Of a DNA stretch of 64,000 nucleotides, positions 38,777-52,536 are shown in pieces. A program made the position numbers and the translations under genes. Every line of letters starts with the position of its first letter. Within the stretch, counting starts at the first letter, position 1. Source of the DNA: Eledone cirrhosa (taxonomy: Eukaryota); contig OZ024742.1 in NCBI GenBank assembly GCA_964016885.1, forward strand, positions 212,908,001 to 212,972,000, read 5' to 3'. The notes under the pieces were generated by a model. The model did no database searches. It worked only from the letters and a program-made list of their open reading frames with translations, and was not told the origin of the DNA.

Positions 38777-39508
38777 TATTTGTTTATTGAAAAAAACAAC
38801 GATTTAATACAATAGGTCTGTTTGGGAACAGGTTTTGAATTGCCCAATAGAAAGATAGTGAAGGTCAAGATAGTAATCTAGTAGTAAAAGAACCTTAATT
38901 TATGGGTAGAGGAAGGTAGATTTCAGTTTTGGATGGAAAAGAATATTATGAATGAAAGATTATTTTAGGGATGAAAATAGGTCGTATGCTGACCTCAGAA
39001 ATAATTATATTTGTTCATTGAATAAAACCAACAAAGATTTGATATAGTTTGTCTGTTTGGTAACAGGTTTAGAATTAACCAATAGAAAGTTAATAATTGG
39101 CCAAATGGTAAAATAGTAGTAATTGAAGTTTATTTTAGGGGTAGATGAAGGTAGATTTCAGTATTGAATGGAGTGTGGAGAATGAGAAGGTTACTTTAGG
39201 GGTGAAAATAGGTCAGGTCAGTAAAAGGTATACGAACAGTTGCTGTTATAAAATAGTAATGCCAATGCAAATATCTAAGGAGACTAAAATTTTACGATAA
39301 GAGTGTTAGTGAAAAAAATACATCCATGAAAAGAATATAAATTAATTTAATTGATGGGTATATTTATATTGATAAAATTATACTAATGCATATAGATATG
39401 ATAACTAAGAGTTAGATGTAGTTGAAGAGTGCTGTTAAAGATGAGGGGAAATTAAAAGAATATAAAAATAATATATATATATATATATACACATATATAC
39501 ACACACAT

Positions 39509-39541
<33 letters not shown>

Positions 39542-39815
39542 CACACACACATACATATATATATACACATATACATACATACACATACTATAATTATTGG
39601 GGGGGGGGGGAAGTTAAATTTATAATAAATATATAGAGATTTCAAGGAACATAACCTGAAATTAAAGCATTATATATGTTTACTTAATGGTATCAGTTTT
39701 AGGAAATGATAGTTGTAAGAAGGAAAGTAAAATTATGTAGTTCATCAGTAGTAGAATATTAATTATAGGTTAACTAAATTAAAAACAGTTTATATATTAA
39801 TTTCTAAGATGTATA

Positions 39816-42117
39816 TTAATTAGGTTTATAATATTTAAAGGTTTTTCTCAGTTTGTGATTACACGATATTATTAATTCCTGAAACATACACACGCACACA
39901 CAGGGCGGTAGATTGGCAGTATCGGTGGAGGGTCGGACGCCATGCTTTCCAGCATAGTTACGTCCCTTTACGATCTGAGTTCAAATCCCGCCGAGGTTGA
40001 CTTTGCCTTTCATCCTTACGGGGTCGATAAAATAAAGTACCAGTAATGCACTGGGTAATTGCTGGCCTTGTGCCTAAAGTAGAAACAATTATTAATTCCT
40101 GTCGCTTATTTAATAGGATATCCTTAGATTTCATTATTTCAAAAAGTTCTTGGGAACATAATCTACATTCATATCTATTATTTTGATAAGGGGTGGCCCT
40201 TTTGAGCACACTCCAGGTCAGGTCATAATCTATATTCATCTTTCTATAATTATTAATTATTTCAGCTATAGATGTTGTATTAGCTAGTGCGGCATTTTTA
40301 AAGCTATGTTTGTGGGTATTAAATCTTACATTAAATTTGTTAGAGGTAGCTCCTATATATGAATAAATTGAGTCTTTAGTGTTAACTTTACATTTATATA
40401 CTATGTTATTAACAAGGCAATTTCCTTTTAATGGGCAGTTAGCCTTGTTTCTACAGTTACAACTTTTCGTGTTTCCTGTATCCGAGGAGATATTATGGTT
40501 AGTTTGATGTACTGGTGGTATACTCATGGTTTTTTTACATTTATATGCATTGTAGGCACTTATATTTTGTTTTATGTTTTTGGTTGTTGAGTAGGAGAAT
40601 TTAACCGTTGATCTATTTAAAATTTGATGGTATTTGTGGTTTGGCGGGAAGTTCTTCTCTAGGATATTAAAGAATTTTTTAGGTATATTATCCTTAATTT
40701 GTAAATTAAATGGAGCATTATACCAAGTAACTCGTCTATTACGGTTTCGATGTTGTTTATTGTTTTTATAGGATGTATCCTGATGTTTATTAAGAGAATT
40801 ATTGTTAATGACCTCTCCACGCACATTTTTAGTTAGATTTATTGATTTAGGTGTTTTAGCTTGTTTATTAGGAGTTTTATTATTACCATTTATTAGAGTT
40901 GTAGGATGAGTGGTTTTTTGAGAGTTACTATATTGTATATTAGAAGAGTTAGAGAAATTTGGTTTTATGTTGGTATTTTGGGGTATAGTGTGAGTGGCAT
41001 TTAGGTGTGTATGTTTCATTTGGTGTTTGTTGGTAATATTAGGTTGTGTGTTTGTAGTGTTATTGGTACAAGGTATATATACTAATTTATTTTTGTGGCC
41101 ACTTCTAGCTAGAGCTTCGTTATAAAAGGTCGCATTTTTATCAAATACATCCTGGTTAGACGAAAGGTTAGAAATTCTAAGTGATATATTATATGCAAGG
41201 TTTTTAAGGATAGATTTAGGGTGATTAGATTGTGAGTGTATGTAGTGTAAATTTTGGTTAGGTTTATGGTAAGGTTGGTAGATACCCGTAGATAAGTCTA
41301 ATGTTATATCAAGGAAATTAACTACTTTACTTGTGTTTTCAAATGTAATATCTAGACTATAATAGTCTTTAAGGAAAGTTCTAATAAGCTTTTTATTTTT
41401 TTCTATCTCTGAAAGGCTAAGGTTATTGGAAATAAGAAGACAGTCGTCACGATATAAACCACCTTTAAGGTGGGGAAAGGAAGCATTTATGTTGAAAAGA
41501 AGAAAGAGGCCCACAAGATCAGTAATTTGGGCAGAATCACTTGAGCCCATAGTAATATCGAATAGATTACTATATGTGTTTCTGGTCCAGTATTCATTTT
41601 GAAATTCCAATAGTGTTAGTCTGGCATGTGTAATAATATTAATGTCATCCAAAGTTAAGTTAGATCTATTTTTAGCAAATATCAAGGCTTTGTTCAGGAG
41701 TATAGGTGATATAGAAGAATAATAATTATCTATATCAAATTGTAGAAATGAAGCAGAGGATCTATTTCTAATATTATTAAACCAGTTAATTACCTGGGAT
41801 GTGTTTTCCCAGAGTGGTAAATTAACATGTTTTCTTAGTTGTGGGATGACTCTATCTAAAAATTGTTTACTAATGATTCCAATATCAGATTTGGAAGGGC
41901 ATATAAGCCTTATAGAAGGATTAGAGTTAAAGTTAGATTTATGATCTTTCAGGTTGAAATGTGGTCTTTTCAGTGCCAAAGGTTCGGTTCTATCTTCAAT
42001 ATTAAGTCTATTCACTATGTTGTGTGTTTTGTTGTTGATGTTGGTAAGTGACGCATTGTTTGTTTTTCTATAATTCTTCCTGAGTTCTTTATATATGAAC
42101 TCATTGTAATTTTCAAT
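39816..42117 (-). CDS. Penelope-like element (Naiad-type) RT + GIY-YIG polyprotein, 5'-truncated, split by a SINE near the C-terminus
   Basis: LKDHK..RLICPSKSDIG, QFDIDNYYSSI, FDITMGS, GGLYRDD, NFLDITLDL, CNCR..CPL.G.CL, NIVY..YIG..FNVRFNTH, CRLC; frame open upstream to the (AT)n at about 42117; removing the SINE restores ...KRQELIISCNHKLRKTFKYYKPN*. Confidence 0.92.
39903..40087 (+). mobile_element. SINE family A inserted in the PLE ORF
   Basis: 14-bp TSD ATTATTAATTCCTG at 39868-39881 and 40088-40101. Confidence 0.9.
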
Positions 42118-42145
42118 ATATATATATATATAAATATATGTGTGC

Positions 42146-42178
<33 letters not shown>

Positions 42179-42190
42179 CGAGAGCGAGCG

Positions 42191-42266
<76 letters not shown>

Positions 42267-42371
42267 GTAACTATAATGGGCGTTGGTTACTCATTGTCTA
42301 TGTCAGAATAAAATACTTTTAAATGTTACACTTAACATTTCAAGACACCAACAAGCAACGTTTTGTGTTTA

Positions 42372-42460
<89 letters not shown>

Positions 42461-42529
42461 CACACTATAGGTTTTGCATAGGTTTTGATGATGAATGATC
42501 TTGTTCGATCAAATGAACTACTCACTGAA

Positions 42530-42712
42530 TTATAATTGTTTCTACTTTAGGCACAAGGCCAGCAAATTACCCAGTGCATTACTGGTACTTTATTTTATCG
42601 ACCCCGTAAGGATGAAAGGTAAAGTCAACCTAGGCGGGATTTGAACTCAGATCGTAAAGGGACGTAACTATGCTGGAAAGCATGGCGTCCGACCCTCTAC
42701 CGATACTGCCAA
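42530..42712 (-). mobile_element. SINE family A (other copies at about 23252-23430, 44565-44775, 45785-45940, 51690-51900, 53100-53490, 58795-59015)
   Basis: Same tRNA head, Meta domain and GGCCTTGTGCC..AGAAACAATTA tail. Confidence 0.85.
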
Positions 42713-43190
42713 AGGAACTGCCAGACTCACCCAGTGTGGCGCAGTGTGCAATGACTCTTTGAGTTTCAGGAGTTGTGTATCAGCCGGATCCCCATGTAGA
42801 ATTTTGTGAAGACAACACCTAAACCACTTGAAACATACACACGCACACACATGCGTGCTCGCATCGCCTACATGTATATAATTAGGAATATATAAAGTTT
42901 AAATTATTAACACAATACCGTATATATAATAGTATACGATCTAAAACTGTGTGGCTAAATCAGATCATTAAATTAGAAAAAGATGATGAGGTGGTGCGAA
43001 GTTGTTTGTGTGACGAAATGTGGTGTAAATGATATATAAAATAAAAGATATATTTAATAAGTGTAAAAAATATTGGGCGTGGAAACTGTGGGAAAAAAGT
43101 CTGCAGATAAACATGTTGCAAATCCAACTAGAAAAACCTTTGGTGAATACTACAACAATGGAAAACTCTTCCAATTACTTTTCTTTCTCT

Positions 43191-43909
<719 letters not shown>

Positions 43910-45099
43910 ATTCTAGGTGAACTCGTTGCAGTAATTGAGAGAAACACTCGCGATCCGTTTCTACATCTGTACAATAGGAAATATTCTCTCGCACAACGAC
44001 GACCTCAATATAGACGCAGTTATAAGAACTATTCGTCCTTCTCTGTGCAGACGCAATGAAAACCATCGTCAATATTTTCCTCTTGTTATTGTTGTTTTCT
44101 CATTTAATGTATTCTTGAAGTGATGAGATAAACACTTTCCACATTTTCCTACAGAATTCTTCATTCCTGCTACCAACACTGAGTGCTTCAGACTCGCAGA
44201 GTGCACAGCAATATTTTGCAATAATCGCTGCTATACAAAAAGTAATTCCATTCAAGTGGTTTTTCTCTTTGACAGTTATAATTGAGTCTATGTGATTACA
44301 ATGTTCTTTACCAGTTTTGTTTTGTTCATGCTTCTGCTTTATCTTTGCTCTTCCTTTCTAGTTTATATTTTATCTTATTTATTTTTCATGTTTTGTTCAT
44401 GTATTCGGAAGTTTACCGATTTACTGGTTTTCCTGTGTTGTACGGCTATTAATTTAGAGAGCGAAATAGTATATAAATCGTTTGTCCTGAAGATTAACTG
44501 TCAATAAAGAAACCTGTTCAACCCGTTTCTTTTCGTTCACATTATTATTACAATGTGCTTGTCTAGGGCGGCGGATTGATAGAATCACTAGAGCGTCGGA
44601 CAAAATGCTTTGAGGTATTTATTTACAGCCTTTTACGTTCTGTGATCAAAATCTCGTCAAGGTCAACTTTGCCTTTCGTGGGGTGGATAAAATGAAAACC
44701 AGTCAAGTACTGGGGTCGATATAATTGACTTTATCCTGCCCCCAAAGCGTTGGTCTTGTGCTTTCATTAGAATTATATTTGTTTGTAGTTGTAGATTTTG
44801 TCATATTTTTCCTTGTATGATTGAGAGGGGCTTTTAGTTTTAATTATTTAGTTTGAGGAGGTAAAGTAACACCCCTGATCTGCCAAGACTGGTGAGTTTG
44901 AAATACATGCTTCACACAAAAGTACTTTCTATTCAAGAGAGTTTCCATGTGGCGGTCGCTCAACCTGTTAGAAATAGCAATGAACATTCCCTTCAGATCA
45001 CACTCTACTATCTTATAAAAGGAAGGACACATTCGATAAGGTAGTGTTTGATATACAAAAAGATAGGTTGGTCATGGCTGTAACATATTTGCTCACATA

Positions 45100-45497
45100 C
45101 AGACCTGTCAACTCTCCCCGTCCGACGGGGAGATCTCCACCCCACTTTGGGGTGGGTGAGTGATGTTCCTCTTGTGAAAATCGATATAGCTTTCATTATA
45201 TAAAATCTCCCCGGCGGTGGATTGGCAGTATCGGTAGAGGGTCGGACGCCATGCTTTGACGTATAGAGTTACGGCCCTTTCCATTCTGAGTTCAAATCCC
45301 GCCGAGGTTAACTTTGCCTTTCATCCTTACGGGGTCGTTAAAATAAAGTACCTGTAATACACTAGGTAATTGGTGGCCTTGTGCCAAAATGTAGAAACAA
45401 TTATATAAAATCTCCCAGTTTTGACACTTTTTCCCCGTTTTGGGCCATTTGTTTTCATGGTACTCCCTGTTTGGGTTTTTAGAGGTTGGCAGGTCTG
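45100..45497. mobile_element. hAT-like MITE containing a nested SINE A (45213-45399, TSD ATTATATAAAATCTCCC)
   Basis: TIRs CAGACCTGTCAAC / GTTGGCAGGTCTG; subterminal palindromes 45113-45133 and 45137-45155; no clear 8-bp TSD. Confidence 0.6.
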
Positions 45498-46989
45498 CAC
45501 AGAGCTGGCCTGGAGTCAAACAACAGCAAAAACGTTGCTGAATTATTCAGTTCCTTCCATACAAAACTGAAAATCCAAAATATATCAGGTACTTGAACAC
45601 TTGGGTACGATCACCGAAAAAACTGCTTGTACTTAATTAGGTTTTTATGACCTGTCACTATTTTAAATGTCATTAATTTAATATCCGACTTCAAAACACT
45701 TTTAGATGCATTGTATCGTGTTACTACATATAAAAATATACTTCTATATCTTATTTTTGATAATTATACCTCGATATCTATCACAAGGAGGCAAATTGGC
45801 AGAGTTGTTAGAATGTCCGCTAGAATACTTTGCAGTATTCATTCCAGCTCTCTAAGTTCAAATCCCGCCATGGTGAACTTTGCCTTTCATCCATTCGAGG
45901 TCGATAAAAAAAGTAGCAGTCATGTCCTGGAGGTCGAGTCTTCATGTATAACTCCTTCTCACTTCTTTTCTATCACTTTCTATCGTGCCATAGAAACGCC
46001 GTATGTCAATACGTCGCTCCAACGACCCCCCCCCCCAAGAGTTATGGAACCATTCATGTATGCATCTATCACATTGAGAGTCACATATCCGAGTGCTTCG
46101 TTTAAAACCTTCATTAGTAATTATTCCAGCTCTCCACTTTGAGTTCAAATACTGTTAACAAATAAAGTGCTAGTCCAGAGCGGTGGATTAGCGAAATTGT
46201 TAGAGAGTCGGAGGGTGATGCTTTGCTTTATATCTTTCGGCCTTTTGCGTTTTGAGTTCTCCTGCAACGACACTTGTACCAAGCTATGTCGGTATTTGGC
46301 TTTCCATTGGACAACATCGGTGTCATGGATAGAGGAACTTGAAGGGTAGACAACTGCTGGCCTTTTACGAAAGAAAAAGGCTTGCCCAGGCTTTTTTCTT
46401 GCTGATGAACTTTCAAGGTGCAGTCCATGGTTTCAAGAGACATACGAATACACCAGATCAAACTATTTTTGTATTAAAACCACAGAATAAATGTTAAATA
46501 TCTGAAATAACTATCCTTCCACTAGTTTCCATTCCTTCCAAACGACTTGATATGACGAACAAATGAGGTCTCTCTGTGGTGACTTGATTTACTAGAAATT
46601 TCAACAAAATTTCCCCCAAAGCACGAACAACCCTTGAGAGTGTCTCTACCTGCTTGTTCGACCTACGAAAAACAGCAGACTAAATATCCGTTAAATTACA
46701 GCCGACATTGGATAATGTCCGAGATATACAATGAGAGAGCGAAATACGAGGTAGTGGTGTCTGGAATGTCTTTGGTCTTCGGCCTTCTCAGTCAGGACTG
46801 ATCTGGGGCTAAACAGAAATAGAAAAAGATACGTCAGATAATTTAGTTTTAGATATACAATACCAGAGAGAATGATGGAATGGCCGCGGTTGAAATGCCT
46901 TTGGTCATAGGTTTGCTTGATCAATGCTGGCCGGAATGTTGAGCAGTGACAACAATGGGAAAATAATTCTTCGTAGTGGCGTTTTATAA

Positions 46990-47101
<112 letters not shown>

Positions 47102-48752
47102 TTGAAATGTCGATTAAATGCTTCAGTTGACCCAGTGTATCGTTTATCTGCTCAAGCATAATTGATTGAGAAGAAGAAGAAGAAGAAGAAGAAGAAGAAG
47201 AAGAAGAAGAAGAAGAAGAAGAAGAAGAAGAAGAAGAAGAAGAGCAGCAACAATAACTAAAGCGACAATAATAATTACGATTACATCAACAAAGACGTCT
47301 TATACGCAGTCAATTGACCTGCATGAAAGAGCAGCCAAATCATCCTGAAATAACACGGGAGGATACCTCTGAATACTGTTAGCCTATATAAACTGGCTGA
47401 AACAAACAAAATAAAAAAAAAGAGAAGAGGAACCTCAACAAACACAATCAAACAAACTAAACAAAACAAAAAAACTGGGTGGTCATGGTCAGAAATATCA
47501 TTGATATCGATCAACTGGATCAGTATTGATTTCGATTAAAAAAAACAACAACGGAGAAGACAAAGCTGACTACAAGAACAACGACAACTACGAAAGAGAC
47601 CCCTTATTTGATTGCTCTCGATGGACCTCCGTCGATTTCGACAATGAGAGTTCTAGTTGTTCGATCAACGGAACAGCCTGCTCATGAAATTAACTCGTAA
47701 GTGGCAAATCCTTCCACAGACAAATGTAACCTTAACGCAATTCTCGGGGAGATTCAGTATGTTGGTGTGTGACAAGGCTTGCCCTTTGAATTACAGGTAC
47801 AAACCATCTGATTAGTTTCCAAACAATTTCCATCTACCCAATTTTACATTACATACACAAGGCATGGACCAGCTCGAAGCTATGGTAAATGATACTTGCT
47901 CAGGATGTCACGCAGTGGGATCGAACCCTGGACCTCATGATTGCGAACCAAACCTCTTGACCATTTGGCGAAGCCTGTGCCTACTAGTTGCGCTACATGC
48001 TAGAGGTAACTACCAAATCCACCTTAAATGTTACCTTTCCAAAAGGACATTTTGGATAAGGTTGTCCTGAATACATTATGTCAATAAGACGGCTACACTG
48101 TCTGAACTCAGGTACATCTAACACAAGTCTACTTAATCAGAGCTGTTGCTGTAACAACAACAACAACAGCAACAACAACAGCAACAACAACAACAACAAC
48201 AATAACAACAACAGCAGCACCAGCAGTAGCAGCATGTTTATAAAAACTATGGTATCCTGTTTTTCTGAAAACCGAACCATTACATTTTAATCAATATCCT
48301 TACGCTACTTCAACAAGTCAAGCTAAATTTATTTAATGTATTCATTGTAATTTTGTTTATATAGGTCAAAGCTATTGCTGAACCAGGATTTTAATTTTGA
48401 AAACTTTATATATAAGCAATGGTTATTTTAGGCAGGTGCTTATTGATTGAATACCATACGACTCTACTAAGACCCATCCTTATTTTTTCAGGTTCCAAAA
48501 ATCAAGTGGTAGACGTAAATTTTTAATTTCTTTTTTCTTAAATGCCCACCTGGTATTTGAAATTTCCCTTTTTTTATCCCTTAGAAGTATTTCATATTTT
48601 CTCATTGAAAAGAAGAAACAACAAAAAAAAAAAAAAGCGAAAGTAAAAACAACATGACAACGAAAACATAAAACATAATTGATTTAGGTCTTCACAATAG
48701 ATATATCGATCGACTTTAAAACGCGCACGCACATACACGCAAACTCACATAC

Positions 48753-48839
<87 letters not shown>

Positions 48840-50039
48840 AATATATATATATATATACACACACACACAGAAAATAACCCAGATTTTTAAACTTCTAACA
48901 TAAAAAAGACTATTATGAAAATCTAACGAACTTATCTTTGATATTGTACCAAGCAGATTTCTCACAACTCAGAATATTCACACTACATAATCAAATGATA
49001 CTGAGTAAGTGAAATTAATGTTTTTGTTTTTAGTATCGGCATTATCTTTAGAGAAAGTCGTACAGCAGTGGGCAAAGCTCCCGGAGGACCGATTTTAGTT
49101 AACACGGTTTCAACATAAAAGCCTCTTCCTTATAAATTATTTAACCTTGTGAGAAAGGCGATAGTCACAGAGGGAAAATATTATATGAAAGTGAAGAATG
49201 TAATCTTATGTCTTTTATTGTTATTACTGCTGTTCTTTTTCTAGAGATTGACTGAAACCAAACATTCCAGTCGTGGCTATCTCACTTCTCTCAGACAATG
49301 TGTATCTAGAATTACAGTATCCAATATGTCCACCCATTTCCAAGAAGGAGGCACAGTGTAATTTGAAGGAGATTTGGTAGCTATTTCTAACTATTGAGTG
49401 ACGGCATAGAGATCCATTTTTTCAACTATGTGCTATATTCTTCTTTTTTTCTCCCAGAAATTGTAACCTCAGACTATAATATTCGAAATATTTTTTGATA
49501 CAGTAGGATGTGATTTGAAGGAGATTTTGCTGTTCTTCCAAGAAGGTCAAGTATCTAGGTAAAGACTGCCTCGTTTATTCATCATATCAAATAATTTGTT
49601 TACATAAAACATCTTCATGGATTTCATTTCGATATTGAAATCAATGGAAATCAGAAAGGAAGGGAAGCAATCAGTATTTATTGTGATAATTCTGGTTACA
49701 GCTTGGTAATTGAGAGATAATCATCTAGGCTAATTGACTATTTGACCACAGACATACGAATGAAACTATCTGATAACTGTATATGAATCATTTGTACTTT
49801 GTTAGCTAGTCTGGTAACGTCATTAAATCTGCTAATCTGAAACTCTTGTAGTTTCGTCATGAAGATGTTACTTTTGTAGTTTCGTCATGAAGATGTTACT
49901 AATTCATTAGGTCTGGAGAAAAGGACAGTGTCCATGGCTTCCGCTAGGTCTGGAGGAAGAAACAGCGTCTATGGCCTCCATTGACTCGCTGTGACCGTTG
50001 AGCAAGACACCATTCACGATCATTGAAATTGTTGGTAGT

Positions 50040-50260
50040 TGACGACTACAAGAAAAATATGAGCAGGGAGGGAATTCCAGCGAACCGATGTTCTGGGAAG
50101 AAAGGGTTGTATGTATTAATTAGTATGAGGCTTGGAGTGTGGGACAGAGTATGAATGACGAGAGAAAGAGGGACGAGTGGATTAAATGTGCCTCTTGAGA
50201 AGAAGTGGTACGTGACCAGCCAGCTCCGAGAAGTAGAGACTATCACAGAAGTAACAAAAA
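50040..50260 (-). mobile_element. CR1/Jockey-group LINE 3' relic
   Basis: Minus strand ...PFFPRTSVRWNSLPAHIF motif. Confidence 0.45.
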
Positions 50261-50512
50261 AGCAAAGAAAGGAGACATAAATTTACCGATCAGACGCTGG
50301 AATGTGATAGTGACCGATTTCATACCAATCACTTTAATGGTTTTTCTTTGGAAATCTAAATTGTTTTGTGAATAAACACTCATGTTGTTTGCACCCTTGA
50401 ATAATTTAATTAATGAATGTAAAGGGGCATAATTAAATAGCACATGGCATCCAATCTTGCATTGTATGTTTCTTTCACTCCTCCAAATTGCCATTTGCAA
50501 TGGTAATATCTA

Positions 50513-50589
<77 letters not shown>

Positions 50590-50666
50590 CGAGAGAGAGA
50601 GAGAGAGAGCGAGCGCGAGAGAGAGAGAGAGAGAGAGAGAGAGTGAGAGCGAGAGAGAGAGAGAGA

Positions 50667-50712
<46 letters not shown>

Positions 50713-52458
50713 TATTTATGCAGTCGCTTGACTTGCTCGAAATAGCCACCAAGTTTCCTTTCTTAATAACTCCTTACCGCCTTAATGAAGGAAGATAGAT
50801 CCCATAATCTAGTCCTAGACATATAGAACAACGGAACGGTAATGGCCGAATTGCTGTTGATCTCACGTTTTCTCAATCACAGATGATGTGAGGATTAAAC
50901 AGCAGCAGCAACAGCAGTAAACCCCCACCACTATCGACAACAACAACAACAACAGCATTACAATTGATTATCTAGCTCAGTACTTGACAGGTACTTATTT
51001 TTAAGTCTATCCTGACATGATTTGAACTCAGAACATACAGGGATATAATTAATGTCACAATGCTTTTACTCTACATTTCTGTAACATTTCTGCCCCAAAC
51101 GTTAGAGAAATGTAACGTTGCGTTTTATATTTGACTGGAGACTATATAAAATAGCTATCCATCAACATACACAATTTTTCTTGGACCTTCGTCGATTTCG
51201 ACGGCGAGTGTTCCAGCTTGCTCGGAAAATTAACGTGAAAGTGACCGAACATTTCACTGACCAATGCATCCTTAGCGTTGTTTTCTGGGAGATTCGACGT
51301 GACAAAATGTGTGTCAAAGATCTCCATCATTGAACTACAGGTACACGTCATGTTTGCCAGCAGAGCGGACTCAGCAACGGGAAATAAAGTATCTTGCTCA
51401 AGGCTACAATAGATATGAACAGTTACTAGTCTTAATCATCACCAATGTTATTTATGTATGTTTAAGTATCTCACACACTCACTCGTACACAGGCACATGC
51501 AGAAACACACACACACTCACATACATGTATGTATGTGAGTGTGTGTGTGGTATGCATTATTGTGTATAAAATAAAGTACCAGTAATGCATTGGGTAATTG
51601 CTGGCCTTGTGCCTAACGTAGAAACAATTATTGTGTATAAAATATAAGGAAAAAAGTATTTAGTACATACGAATAAAATTGAGTTAATAATATCTGTTTC
51701 TACTTTTGGCACAAGGTCAGCAATTTGAATTGAAGGGGAAAGTCGATTAAATCGACCCGGTTACGTTGCTGGTACTTGATTTTATCGACCCGTAAGGATG
51801 AAAGGCAAAACTAACTTCGGCGGGATTGGAACTCAGAACGTAAAGGGCTGTAACTCTTAGCTGTAAAGTATATTGTCTGACATTGCCAATCCAACGTCCT
51901 TGAGTTAATGATAATAACGAAAGTAAAAACAACTGAGATTTTTTTCATTGTTTACTTCGTGTTTTGCATTGTCGCTTGTTGAAAACAACTGACATCTTTA
52001 TTTTAAAATTACAGTTGATACAGTTATAAAACATCTGATAAAAGCGAGTTTTATAGATATTAAGATTCTGACATTCAAGTATGAGCAGAAATATATGACG
52101 GTTGGAAAAAAGATATTATTATGGAGGTGAAAGAAAGAGTCAAAATACAATAAGGTATAATTATGAGAGAGTACAGTGGAAGAAAAGTATAAAGAAGAGA
52201 TGGACAGAAGAAACGAAGAGATATACAAGAAGTGAAAGGGAATAAAGATATCACAAGGAGAGAGAAATAAATGAATAAGCGATAATAAAATTGTAGATTT
52301 TTACTGTAGCTCAGTGTATCATAAACGATGCAATAAGTTATACGTGTAGGGAGTATATATTTATTACGGAGTGAGATTGAAAAGAAAAAGAAAACAAGTG
52401 TAAGATATTGTGGTTATAAAACTAACTGAAACACCGAAAGAAGAGAAGAGAAGAGAGA

Positions 52459-52536
<78 letters not shown>

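Noticed and set aside
38780-39815. SECIS element / selenocysteine recoding as reported for some Naiad PLEs
   Set aside because: No in-frame UGA in the visible ORF and no SECIS recognisable by eye; SECISearch would be needed
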